Part shown: in pieces, positions 1 to 8,758 of the stretch
Layout of the letters: the number at the start of each line of letters is the position of its first letter
Position numbering within the stretch: position 1 is the stretch's first letter
Source: Candidatus Ozemobacteraceae bacterium
GTDB lineage: Bacteria > Muiribacteriota > Ozemobacteria > Ozemobacterales > Ozemobacteraceae
Length of the DNA: 64,000 nt
Assembly: GCA_965140445.1 (NCBI GenBank)
Contig: OZ223236.1
Coordinates: 544,001 to 608,000, forward strand
Reading direction: 5' to 3'
Translations under genes and position numbers: made by a program
Notes under the pieces: model-generated
Database searches by the model: none
Told to the model about the DNA's origin: nothing
Seen by the model: only the letters and a program-made list of their open reading frames with translations

Positions 1-439
1 TTACTTTGGGTTTATAGACTAAATTGCTATTCTGCGTCATTTTTTGAGTTTGAGAGCTTTCTGGCGGCTTCATTCCGTTATTTTGAGTTTTACCAGAAGG
101 TTGGCTGATATTAAAAGAAAAATGATTAAGCCCAAAGAAACCAATTGTGACTGTTGAAACAAGAATAATAATTCCAATTTTTGTTGTTGTGAATGTAGTT
201 TTTAAGGTTTTTCCGGCAGCCGTTGAAGCTGTAGCAGTTGAAGAGGCCGCAGCAACAATTGAACCTATTTCAGAAAGCTCTGTAGCTGTAAGAGGCTTAA
301 GATGGGATCTAAGGTTCTGGATAGATTTCAGGTTTTTTTGACATTCTTCACAGGTTAGAATGTGCTTTGCAAATTCTGGCGTAAAGTTGCCAGGATTAGT
401 GCTTGGTTCTTCAAAGAATCTTACACAGTTGTTACTCAT
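1..439 (-). CDS. Zinc-binding (ZAS) membrane anti-sigma factor, 3' end outside window
   Basis: Hand translation from ATG at 439: MSNNCVRFF...AKHILTCEECQ (HxxxCxxC), then a hydrophobic segment IGIIILVSTVTIGFFGL; open to the window edge; starts 6 nt after the ECF sigma stop. Not in the ORF track. Confidence 0.8.
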   Translation of the reverse strand, partial: MSNNCVRFFEEPSTNPGNFTPEFAKHILTCEECQKNLKSIQNLRSHLKPLTATELSEIGSIVAAASSTATASTAAGKTLKTTFTTTKIGIIILVSTVTIGFFGLNHFSFNISQPSGKTQNNGMKPPESSQTQKMTQNSNLVYKPKV

Positions 440-445
440 TACTGG

Positions 446-928
446 TTACTCCAACTTTTCTCTGAGTTTTTGTAAAACTCTGCCGGTTCTCATTTTTACT
501 GCACCTTCGGATAACTCCATTAACTCCGCTACTTCTTTGAAGGGCAAATCCTGAAAAAATCTTAACTCGACGAGTAATTGCTCTTCAGAGCTTAAAGAAC
601 TCAAAGTTTGTTTTATCTCCAATTGAGATTGAATTTCATTGTCAAAGCTGTTTACGAAAGTAGAAGAAACCTCTATGGTCATAGTGTTTTTCTTTGTTTC
701 ACGGTTTCTCTTCGTATCAATAAGGGTGTTTTTGGCAATTGCAAAGAGCCACGTCTTGAATGGCTTTGAACTGTCATAAGAGCTTTCAAAAGCTTTCTGT
801 GCCTTAATATATACTTCATGAGCCATGTCCGGCACTTCAACCCTGGAAACTCCAAGATATTGCAAAAACAACTTTAAAGATCTATAAGTTTCTTTGACCT
901 GATCTTCGAATTCTTTAGCGTTTTCCAC
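446..928 (-). CDS. ECF-family RNA polymerase sigma factor
   Basis: Region 2 (DMAHEVYIKA...FKTWLFAIAKN) and region 4 (LPFKEVAELMELSEGAVKMRTGR) motifs; 160 aa. Confidence 0.9.
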   Translation of the reverse strand: MENAKEFEDQVKETYRSLKLFLQYLGVSRVEVPDMAHEVYIKAQKAFESSYDSSKPFKTWLFAIAKNTLIDTKRNRETKKNTMTIEVSSTFVNSFDNEIQSQLEIKQTLSSLSSEEQLLVELRFFQDLPFKEVAELMELSEGAVKMRTGRVLQKLREKLE

Positions 929-955
929 TATTACAACGTCCTGATTTATGGTTAC

Positions 956-983
956 TTACGAGAAAAAAAATACTTAAGTCACA
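956..983 (-). promoter_or_regulatory. Putative ECF-type autoregulatory promoter
   Basis: Minus strand TGTGAC-N17-CGTAA just upstream of the sigma gene; resembles SigW/SigX-type ECF promoters. Confidence 0.4.
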
Positions 984-1158
984 ACAATAAAAAAATGTTT
1001 CTGTTCGTGAAAATTATCTCATGGAATACATAAAAATTCCCATAATAAATTTTCAACTAATGTTACAAAAACTCAATAATTGTTACTTACAAATTTTAAA
1101 TATCGTATGGAGTTTTATACAAGCGCTCTGATTAAACTATCTGTAAAGGAAGCTGATA

Positions 1159-2043
1159 ATGCTTATTAATAAAAATCGATTGCCAATAGGTTTTTTGTTG
1201 GCTTTTGTTATTTTGGTATCTCTATTGAATTGTTCGTCAGGAATGGCTTTTGATCAACCCAACGTAGAACTTTCATCAGCTGATGAATCAGAAGAAAGTT
1301 TCGTAACAATTAATTCATCTGTTAACAAAAGCTCAGAGTCATCTTTAGATAACAATGGAGTTAAGGCTGCTCAAACTTATATAGTTCAATCTGGAGATAG
1401 TCTTTGGAAAATTGCCAGAAACATTCTCGGAAGTGGTTCCAGATGGGGAGAGCTTGTTGAGGCTAATAAGGATAAATTTCCATCACTAGAGAAAAATCCA
1501 AACCTTATCTATCCAGGGTGGGAGCTCGATATTCCTGGAATAAATATCGGTGAAGATTCTGCTTCAAAGCAAGAACCAGTGGTTGCTGATTCTAGTGAAA
1601 AAAAAGGTTCTACTGGGCAGACAAGCCAAATTTCCAGTTCTATTGGAGCTGCAGTTTCAGCAGAAGCAAAGAAACTTGTTTCAAAGTATCCTGGCTATCA
1701 ATCTTTTCCGTATGATCCATTGACAGATGGCGGAAATTTAGGTTGCGCTCAAGTTGTTACTACTGCTCTAAAAGCAGCTGGGGTTTTGAGTAAAATTCAA
1801 CTTAATTGTGATAATACAGTGGCAGATTTGAAAGCTGCAGGTTGGCAGAAAGTAAATGTTCCACCTTATGCAGATGGAGATGTGCTTACCTGGACAACCA
1901 GTCGTGGTCCAGGTAGACATATTGGCATAATTGTAAAAAATGGGAACAGCTTTCAAGCAATGTCAAATAGCTCTAGCAGAAGATGTCCCCGTTTTCACGA
2001 TATAAACTATATGCCGATTACTCAGGTTCTACGTAAGATTTAG
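1159..2043 (+). CDS. Secreted LysM-domain protein with C-terminal CHAP/NlpC-like putative peptidoglycan hydrolase domain
   Basis: Signal peptide; LysM (YIVQSGDSLWKIA...NPNLIYPGWELDIP); Cys (GCAQVV) and His (HIGII) motifs. Confidence 0.8.
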   Translation: MLINKNRLPIGFLLAFVILVSLLNCSSGMAFDQPNVELSSADESEESFVTINSSVNKSSESSLDNNGVKAAQTYIVQSGDSLWKIARNILGSGSRWGELVEANKDKFPSLEKNPNLIYPGWELDIPGINIGEDSASKQEPVVADSSEKKGSTGQTSQISSSIGAAVSAEAKKLVSKYPGYQSFPYDPLTDGGNLGCAQVVTTALKAAGVLSKIQLNCDNTVADLKAAGWQKVNVPPYADGDVLTWTTSRGPGRHIGIIVKNGNSFQAMSNSSSRRCPRFHDINYMPITQVLRKI

Positions 2044-2070
2044 GACTTGGGCAAAATTGATCTCTAAAAA

Positions 2071-2100
2071 ATAAAAGCGACCTTAAAAAGGTCGCTTTAT
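2071..2100. terminator. Bidirectional intrinsic terminator
   Basis: AAAGCGACCTT/AAGGTCGCTTT stem between convergent genes. Confidence 0.75.
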
Positions 2101-2111
2101 GCTTAAACAGA

Positions 2112-3053
2112 TTAATTAAGTTTTTTTACAAAAGACGCAATTCCATCAACTAACTCTTTGGCAACTGGTAACTCTGGATTGCTGTAAGAATCCATTTGCT
2201 TTTGCCTATTGAGAGGAACAATTTTCAAAACATGGTTCATTTCGTCGATCGTCAGCAATTCTGTATTTTTACCAGCTGCAACCAGTTTATCCGCCTCTTC
2301 AATATCTACCTGAGTGTCAGTTGTTCCATGAACGATCAGCACCGGGCATTTCACTGTGTTTATAACCAACTTGGGATCATATCTGAACCATGAAACAAGA
2401 TAGTTTTGAGTTGGTTTACTAAAGATTGTGCTCAAAGATTCTGAAATCGTTGCAACAGTTTTGCCGATTTTTAGTTTCTCAATAATTTCTTCAGCTTCTT
2501 TCATATCAGTATCTTTAAGCTTTGATTGGAGCTGACGGGCAAAGTTAGCATATACAGGCTGACTGGTTCCTTCCATGGAAATGAACCCCGAAGCTTTCTG
2601 CCTGGCGGCTGTTAACATTCCAATTAGCGACCCCTCACCGTGTCCAGCTATTACGATGTTTTTAAACTTATTAAAATCTTTTAATGAGATAAACCATGCA
2701 CAGGCATCTTCTACGTAATAATCGAATGTGAAATCATCGGAAGTCGGCAGCGCCTTAACGCTGGCTTTTACTCCGCGCTTGTCATAGCGAAGGCTGGCGA
2801 TTCCCTTTTCTGCGAGAGCTTCTGCCAGAAGTTTTATGCTGTTGTTGTTTCCTGTAAAAAGACTGTTGTTGCCATCTCTGTCTGTTGGTCCTGAGCCTGG
2901 GATGAAAAGAATTATTGTTGTTGCGGAACTGTTTTCTGGTTCTAAAAGCGTTCCATAAAGGTTGCCTGTAGGAGTGCGAAGTTTGAGCTCTTCAGCGAAA
3001 ACCCCGGACGCACTTAGAATAATGACCAGAGCCAGAAAAACAAATTTTTTCAT
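2112..3053 (-). CDS. Secreted alpha/beta-hydrolase fold protein (nucleophile motif reads GHGEG)
   Basis: PGSGPTDRDGN, LRYDKRG, PVLIVHGTTDTQV and MNHVLK motifs. Confidence 0.85.
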   Translation of the reverse strand: MKKFVFLALVIILSASGVFAEELKLRTPTGNLYGTLLEPENSSATTIILFIPGSGPTDRDGNNSLFTGNNNSIKLLAEALAEKGIASLRYDKRGVKASVKALPTSDDFTFDYYVEDACAWFISLKDFNKFKNIVIAGHGEGSLIGMLTAARQKASGFISMEGTSQPVYANFARQLQSKLKDTDMKEAEEIIEKLKIGKTVATISESLSTIFSKPTQNYLVSWFRYDPKLVINTVKCPVLIVHGTTDTQVDIEEADKLVAAGKNTELLTIDEMNHVLKIVPLNRQKQMDSYSNPELPVAKELVDGIASFVKKLN

Positions 3054-3208
3054 AATATTCTCACTTCAAAATTTATATGCTCAGCTTAAAGCTTACTGAA
3101 TAGGAAATCAATAAAGGTTTTTGGATGCAAACACTATGATAAAAACTTCTTACATTTTCTAACTAAATGCCTTTCGAGATTAGCTTATGTGAGTAAATTT
3201 ACAGAGTT

Positions 3209-3727
3209 CTACATTTTTTCAATCCCATTTTTTGCGACACAATTTATGGTCATGATAAAAGTGATCCAGCCTACCATAAAGTAGATAAATGGCCACAGCC
3301 AAAGTATACTGAAGGATTTTATTTCTGCTTCTTCCGGGGTATTTTTTAAGTAAACAACTTTAACTTTGTCACCTTTTTCAGGTTCTTTTGAGAAAATAAA
3401 TCTACCGCTATAGCTGTCATGGGATTTGAAACGATGTTTTTTCCCATTTACATCTTCAAAGTCTACCCAGGGAGTTTTTGAGGTTATTTCGTTTCTACCA
3501 GATCCAGAAGTACTGGACGTAATAAAAGCAATTCTTCCATTAGTATTTGTCCCAAAAATTAGGAATTTAATGGATCTGGATAGTTGGTATGCACCAAGAA
3601 AAATAAACCCAAATTCCAATAAAATACCAAATATAAGCACGACAATTAGAAAGTTAAAGCGAGGATCTTTGTTTTTGTAAGAAGTTTTAATACTTTCAAA
3701 GAATTCTTCAAATATTTGCATATTCAA
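3209..3727 (-). CDS. Two-TM membrane protein, DUF3592-like
   Basis: TM - beta region (PWVDFED...GDKVKVVY..PEEA) - TM. Confidence 0.65.
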   Translation of the reverse strand: MNMQIFEEFFESIKTSYKNKDPRFNFLIVVLIFGILLEFGFIFLGAYQLSRSIKFLIFGTNTNGRIAFITSSTSGSGRNEITSKTPWVDFEDVNGKKHRFKSHDSYSGRFIFSKEPEKGDKVKVVYLKNTPEEAEIKSFSILWLWPFIYFMVGWITFIMTINCVAKNGIEKM

Positions 3728-3731
3728 ATTC

Positions 3732-5147
3732 TTATTCTCCTGTGAAAAATCCGTATTTAAACGGTTTGACCGCTAGATTGTTCTGACTAGCAAAACCCTG
3801 AAAACGATCAGAGTTTATCCACATGTAGTATTCGTGATTTGGCTTAAGCTTAACGGGTACAGTCAAAATTTTGCCTGTTGAGTCGTAAGAAAGTTTGCCG
3901 GAAATTTCAGGAAATGGTTCCCCTCCTCCAACCAGAGACCATGAGTTTTTCATTGGTTCACTGAACTCAATTATAATTTTATTGATTGAGGGAGAAACAT
4001 TAAGCGAATTATTTTCAGGAAAAATTTTAACAACTTTTGGTCTTTTTGCATCTAGAGATGCCTTTTTTGAATTGATTTCAGCAACAAGTTTTTCAGAATT
4101 TTGTGCCCAGTTTTCAATTACTTTGGCTATTTTTTTTATTCCGTTTTTTATGGATTCATTTTCTTTTCTGAGCGTTAAAATTTCTTCTGATACGTCTTTT
4201 ATCCAAAAGAAGCTTCGTTTTTCCTGCTCTTTTATGTAGTCATCATAAATTTTTTGGGGATAAGTTTCTTTTAAGAAAGCCCCCGTACATGCTCTAACCA
4301 TAGTCTCAAATGCTACAGATTCAGGAGTTGAATAGCCTTGTTTTGCAAACCTGTCTTTAGCTATTTCGGATAATTTTGTAATTGGTTTTTCAAAAAGAGA
4401 AAAGTGTTGCTCAACAATTGGATTTGTATGCGAGTGACAGAACTCATGAAAAATTGTTTCAATATATGAATCGTCAAATTTGGGTTCTTCTTTTTCATTC
4501 ACTATCCCAACGCCAAGAATGCAGAATGATATATTTTTTCCGCCAATGGAAATTCCAGGTCCATAGCATGAAGGGCCATTTATGAAAGCTGGAATCAGAA
4601 CGAATGAAGAATTTTCTCCCGGAAATGATTTATTAAACCAGCTCTGGAAATTTGTTTTTGTTAGTAGCGCTGTTATAGCTTTTTCAGCTTCTGTGTATAA
4701 TCCCATATTTTCAGTGTAAAATTGTTTAAAATCACTTTTTGCCGAAAAGTCTGCAAGCAATTCGTAAAATTTTAGAAGGCTTTCTTTGGTCCATCTTTTA
4801 TCAACTTGTGAAAATTCAGTATCAAGATTTAAAACGGGCTCTATTTTATCAATTGATTGAATGCAAATAGCGGCATCCATTACCGCATCGAATGAAATTC
4901 CCTGTTTTTTTCTTAAATCCCAGATGAAGGGAATGATTGGGTGCTGCTTATATGGAGCAAATTTATAATTTACTTTTTGAATATAAGACGGAATTCTACA
5001 GGATGAGTATTCTTTTGCCCCAGCAAGGTAAAATACAAGGCTGGTAAGTTCAATTCTTGGATCTGCCTTTATTGTTAATGCCGTTCCTGGCAAAGAATAA
5101 AAGAAAATAAAAAGCAGGCTAAGCCAATACAATTTTGTTTGTTTCAA
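3732..5147 (-). CDS. Secreted DUF4932-like putative metalloprotein with C-terminal Ig-like domain
   Basis: DPRIEL N-terminal motif, HEFCH zinc motif, C-terminal P.N....V...I.IEFSEPM Ig-like domain. Confidence 0.7.
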   Translation of the reverse strand: MKQTKLYWLSLLFIFFYSLPGTALTIKADPRIELTSLVFYLAGAKEYSSCRIPSYIQKVNYKFAPYKQHPIIPFIWDLRKKQGISFDAVMDAAICIQSIDKIEPVLNLDTEFSQVDKRWTKESLLKFYELLADFSAKSDFKQFYTENMGLYTEAEKAITALLTKTNFQSWFNKSFPGENSSFVLIPAFINGPSCYGPGISIGGKNISFCILGVGIVNEKEEPKFDDSYIETIFHEFCHSHTNPIVEQHFSLFEKPITKLSEIAKDRFAKQGYSTPESVAFETMVRACTGAFLKETYPQKIYDDYIKEQEKRSFFWIKDVSEEILTLRKENESIKNGIKKIAKVIENWAQNSEKLVAEINSKKASLDAKRPKVVKIFPENNSLNVSPSINKIIIEFSEPMKNSWSLVGGGEPFPEISGKLSYDSTGKILTVPVKLKPNHEYYMWINSDRFQGFASQNNLAVKPFKYGFFTGE

Positions 5148-5354
5148 CTTTTGGTTGTCCTTTAAAATTGAGATTTAATATAGTTTGAATCATCTTTAAA
5201 AATATTTTAAAGCCATTAATCAATTTTTTCACTATTGAGGCTAATTAAAAAAATTAAACTCCATTAAGTTTGTTCAGATTGAAAACCACTGTTATAATTT
5301 GAATATAGAAAAAATTACCTGTTCGCCAAAATTGTTGGATGGGGACAAATATTT

Positions 5355-7700
5355 GTGAGTGGATTATTATCTAAAAGCCAGACATTTAAACATGTGGTTG
5401 CCGTATTTATTCTGATGGCAGGCGCATCAGTTATGTTCTATTGGTTATTTCAAGCCTATGTGCTTGAGAAAGCAGAAGAGAATGTTAAGAATATTCTTCT
5501 TTCTCACAAGGGAATCCACCATTATGTACAAAATATAATGATTCCAGCTTATTCAAAATATCAAACAGATGGAGATATTAAGCCCGAGTTTTATGCTCCA
5601 GAGTTGCTTTCCTCATCTTATATAGTGAGAAATCAGCATAAATATTATAATGCAGAGCGAAAAATAGCCAGTTTAACCGAGACTTACTATAAATTAGCTG
5701 CAAAAAATCCAAGAAACCCAATTAATAAAGCGGACAAGCTTGAAGTTGAGCTCATAGAAAGATTTAATAAGAATTCAGAACTTAAATCCTACAAAGAAAT
5801 AATAGAGATTAATGGTAAGAAAGTTCTTTATGTAGCAATCCCTTTTCTTAAGAACGAAGACCGATGTATGAAGTGTCATGGGGACAGACAAAATGCCCCA
5901 ATCGAGCTTCAAGAAAGCTATCCAGGGCTTGGTGGATTTAATGAAAGAACCGGAGAAATCCGTGCTATTACATCTATTAGAGCTCCTCTGGAAGACGAGT
6001 ACTGGCATTTGTATGTAATTGGCTCAGCAATATTTGTGGGGTTCTTTGCCTTTTCCGGATTATTCTTTTTTAACGCCAGATTGCGTTCAATGGTTCAAAA
6101 GAGGACAGTTTCACTTGAAGAAGAAATTGTCGAAAGAAAAAATGCTGAGAAGATCACTGAAGAAAATCGTTCTATGCTCACACAAATACTGAATACCACG
6201 CCCCAATCAATTTTTTGGAAGGACAAAAATGGTGTGTATCTTGGCTGCAATAAGGTTTTTTCGACTGAATTGGGGATGGAGGAGCCGGGTGAAATTGTTG
6301 GCCTGACTGATTGGGATCTACCTTGGCCAAAAGAACATACAGAAGCTTATGTCGCTGATGACAAAGCTGTAATGACTTCTAATAAGCCCAGGTATAACAT
6401 TATTGAACCGCTGCAATTTACAGATGGAAAAAAGTTATGGATAGATACAACTAAAGTTCCATTAGTTAATAGCGAAGGCGAGGTTTATGGAATTCTTGGT
6501 GTTTTTGAAGACATTACTGATCGAATTTTGGCTGAAATGGAAAAAGAAGAGCTTGAAAAACGATTGCGTCAGTCCCAGAAAATGGAGTCTCTTGGAACCC
6601 TTGCCGGAGGGATTGCTCATGATTTTAATAATATTCTGGCCATAATTATGGGATATGCCGAATTAGCTGAAAATGAAGAAGATTCTGAGAAGCTGAAAGA
6701 AGATTTATCCCAGATTAAAAAAGGTGGAAAGAGAGCTATAGAACTGGTTAAGCAGATTCTTACTTTCAGTCGGCGAACAGAAAATTCTAAATTGCCGTTG
6801 CAGTTATCTGTGATTGTGAAAGAATCGTTAAAAATGCTGCGGGCTTCTATTCCAACAACAATTGATATCAAGCAAAACATAAAATCTTCTGGAATCATTT
6901 TAGCCGATCCGACACAAATAAATCAGGTTTTAATGAACCTCTGCATTAATGCATATCATGCTATGCGTGAAACTGGTGGGACTTTGTCAGTTAATCTTGA
7001 TGAGATCTTTATACATGCAGAGGATGAGGGTTTTGGCAAGTTACCATCAGGATCATATTTAAAATTAGAGGTTTCTGATACCGGATGTGGAATCAGCGCT
7101 GAGTATAAAGAAAGAATTTTTGAGCCGTATTTTACCACCAAAAAAACTGGAGAAGGGACTGGCTTGGGCCTGGCTGTTGTTCATGGGATTGTGAATAGCC
7201 ACCATGGAAGCATTTCTGTATACAGCGAAATTGGAAAAGGGACAAGTTTTCATGTCTACCTGCCACTGGTAGAAAGTAAACCAAGTATTGTTTCTGAAGA
7301 TTTGTTCATAGAAAGTTTGGAAGGACATGGTGAAAAAATTCTGGTGGTTGATGACGAGTCACAGATAACAGAAGTTGTAAAGCGTCATCTGGAAATTAGT
7401 GGTTATGAAGTTGTTACTAAGAATGATTCGACAGAGGCTTTAGAAGAATTTATGGCTAATTCAGAGTCATATCATTTAATAATTACAGACATGAATATGC
7501 CAAAAATGAATGGCGCAGAATTGGCGGAGAAAATTTTTGCAAAGTTTCCTAATATGCCTATTATTCTTTGCACGGGTCATAGTGATTTAATAAATAAAGA
7601 AAAGGCAGAAAAAATCGGGATCTGTGAATTTCTGAGAAAACCGGTTTTGCGAAATGATCTATTAACTGCGACAAAGAAATCTATTCTGCATAGCAAATGA
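5355..7700 (+). CDS. Hybrid sensor histidine kinase (DUF3365-like heme-c sensor, PAS, HisKA, HATPase, REC)
   Basis: CMKCH motif; LAGGIAHDFNNIL; GTGLGL; receiver ILVVDD...TDMNMPKMNG. Confidence 0.9.
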   Translation: MSGLLSKSQTFKHVVAVFILMAGASVMFYWLFQAYVLEKAEENVKNILLSHKGIHHYVQNIMIPAYSKYQTDGDIKPEFYAPELLSSSYIVRNQHKYYNAERKIASLTETYYKLAAKNPRNPINKADKLEVELIERFNKNSELKSYKEIIEINGKKVLYVAIPFLKNEDRCMKCHGDRQNAPIELQESYPGLGGFNERTGEIRAITSIRAPLEDEYWHLYVIGSAIFVGFFAFSGLFFFNARLRSMVQKRTVSLEEEIVERKNAEKITEENRSMLTQILNTTPQSIFWKDKNGVYLGCNKVFSTELGMEEPGEIVGLTDWDLPWPKEHTEAYVADDKAVMTSNKPRYNIIEPLQFTDGKKLWIDTTKVPLVNSEGEVYGILGVFEDITDRILAEMEKEELEKRLRQSQKMESLGTLAGGIAHDFNNILAIIMGYAELAENEEDSEKLKEDLSQIKKGGKRAIELVKQILTFSRRTENSKLPLQLSVIVKESLKMLRASIPTTIDIKQNIKSSGIILADPTQINQVLMNLCINAYHAMRETGGTLSVNLDEIFIHAEDEGFGKLPSGSYLKLEVSDTGCGISAEYKERIFEPYFTTKKTGEGTGLGLAVVHGIVNSHHGSISVYSEIGKGTSFHVYLPLVESKPSIVSEDLFIESLEGHGEKILVVDDESQITEVVKRHLEISGYEVVTKNDSTEALEEFMANSESYHLIITDMNMPKMNGAELAEKIFAKFPNMPIILCTGHSDLINKEKAEKIGICEFLRKPVLRNDLLTATKKSILHSK

Positions 7701-7864
7701 TTTGATTTTTTTAGTCTCAAGATTGTTTTAACTATTATTTTTGCAGGGAATCTTTTCCTGTTGTTAGTTAATTTCAGGTTAAATAACCAAAAAACTATTT
7801 TTGATTTATTTTTCTTCCTTGTTTTACCGATAAATTAACCACAGAGAGTAAACAAGGAGCAAAC

Positions 7865-8758
7865 ATGTCGGCAGATCTGCTTGAGCAGTTTCTGAACTAT
7901 CTCGCTATTGAAAAGGGATTAAGACCTAAATCCCTGGAAGCATATAGACGAGATCTTCAGGACTATCTAGATTTTTTAGAAGCCAGAAAAAGATCGGTTA
8001 TAGATTCATCCATAGGTGGAACTATAAGCCTGTTTATGGTCCATCTACACGATCGTGGCTTGTCTCCTCGTTCTCTTGCCAGAAAATCCTCTTCATTGAA
8101 AGGATTTTACAAGTTTTTAGTTAGAGAATCACACATCAGCGAGGACCCTACCAGTCTTCTCGAAAGACCAAAGGTAGGCAAGCCCCTTCCAAAAGTATTG
8201 AGCCCGGAAGAAATTGATCGAATACTTGAACAGCCAGATCCTGAAACTCATTTAGGATTAAGAGACAGGGCTATTCTTGAAATTCTTTATGCGACTGGGA
8301 TTCGCGAGTCAGAACTGATTGATCTTACTTTAACCAGTATAAACAATGCGGCAGAATTTATTTCTGTAATTGGCAAAGGTGGGAAGCAGCGTATTGTTCC
8401 AATCGGTCAATTCGCTATTGATGCTGTTAATAAATACCTTCTCCTTGGGAGACCAAAGCTGGTAAAAGATATAGGCGAAAGAACCATGTTTTTAAACCCA
8501 TATGGAAAAAAGATGTCTCGTATGGGCTTATGGAAAATTGTTAGAAAACATGCTGTTAGTGCTGGTATTAACTGGCCGGTTTCGCCACACGTATTTAGAC
8601 ATTCATGTGCAACGCATATGCTTGAAGGCGGGGCCAACATCCTTGCTGTGCAGGAAATGCTGGGGCATGTTGATATTTCCACGACACAAATTTACACACA
8701 CCTGACTGGAAAAGATTTAAAAAAGATTCATCAGCAGGCACACCCACGGGGTAGATAA
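7865..8758 (+). CDS. xerD: Site-specific tyrosine recombinase XerD
   Basis: LYATGIRESEL, GKGGKQRIVP, SPHVFRHSCATH, QEMLGHVDISTTQIYTH and C-terminal HPR; AGGAG RBS. Confidence 0.85.
   Translation: MSADLLEQFLNYLAIEKGLRPKSLEAYRRDLQDYLDFLEARKRSVIDSSIGGTISLFMVHLHDRGLSPRSLARKSSSLKGFYKFLVRESHISEDPTSLLERPKVGKPLPKVLSPEEIDRILEQPDPETHLGLRDRAILEILYATGIRESELIDLTLTSINNAAEFISVIGKGGKQRIVPIGQFAIDAVNKYLLLGRPKLVKDIGERTMFLNPYGKKMSRMGLWKIVRKHAVSAGINWPVSPHVFRHSCATHMLEGGANILAVQEMLGHVDISTTQIYTHLTGKDLKKIHQQAHPRGR

Noticed and set aside
7865..8758. Tyrosine recombinase as a prophage or island integrase
   Set aside because: Size and motifs match housekeeping XerD; no phage genes or att-like repeats seen nearby.
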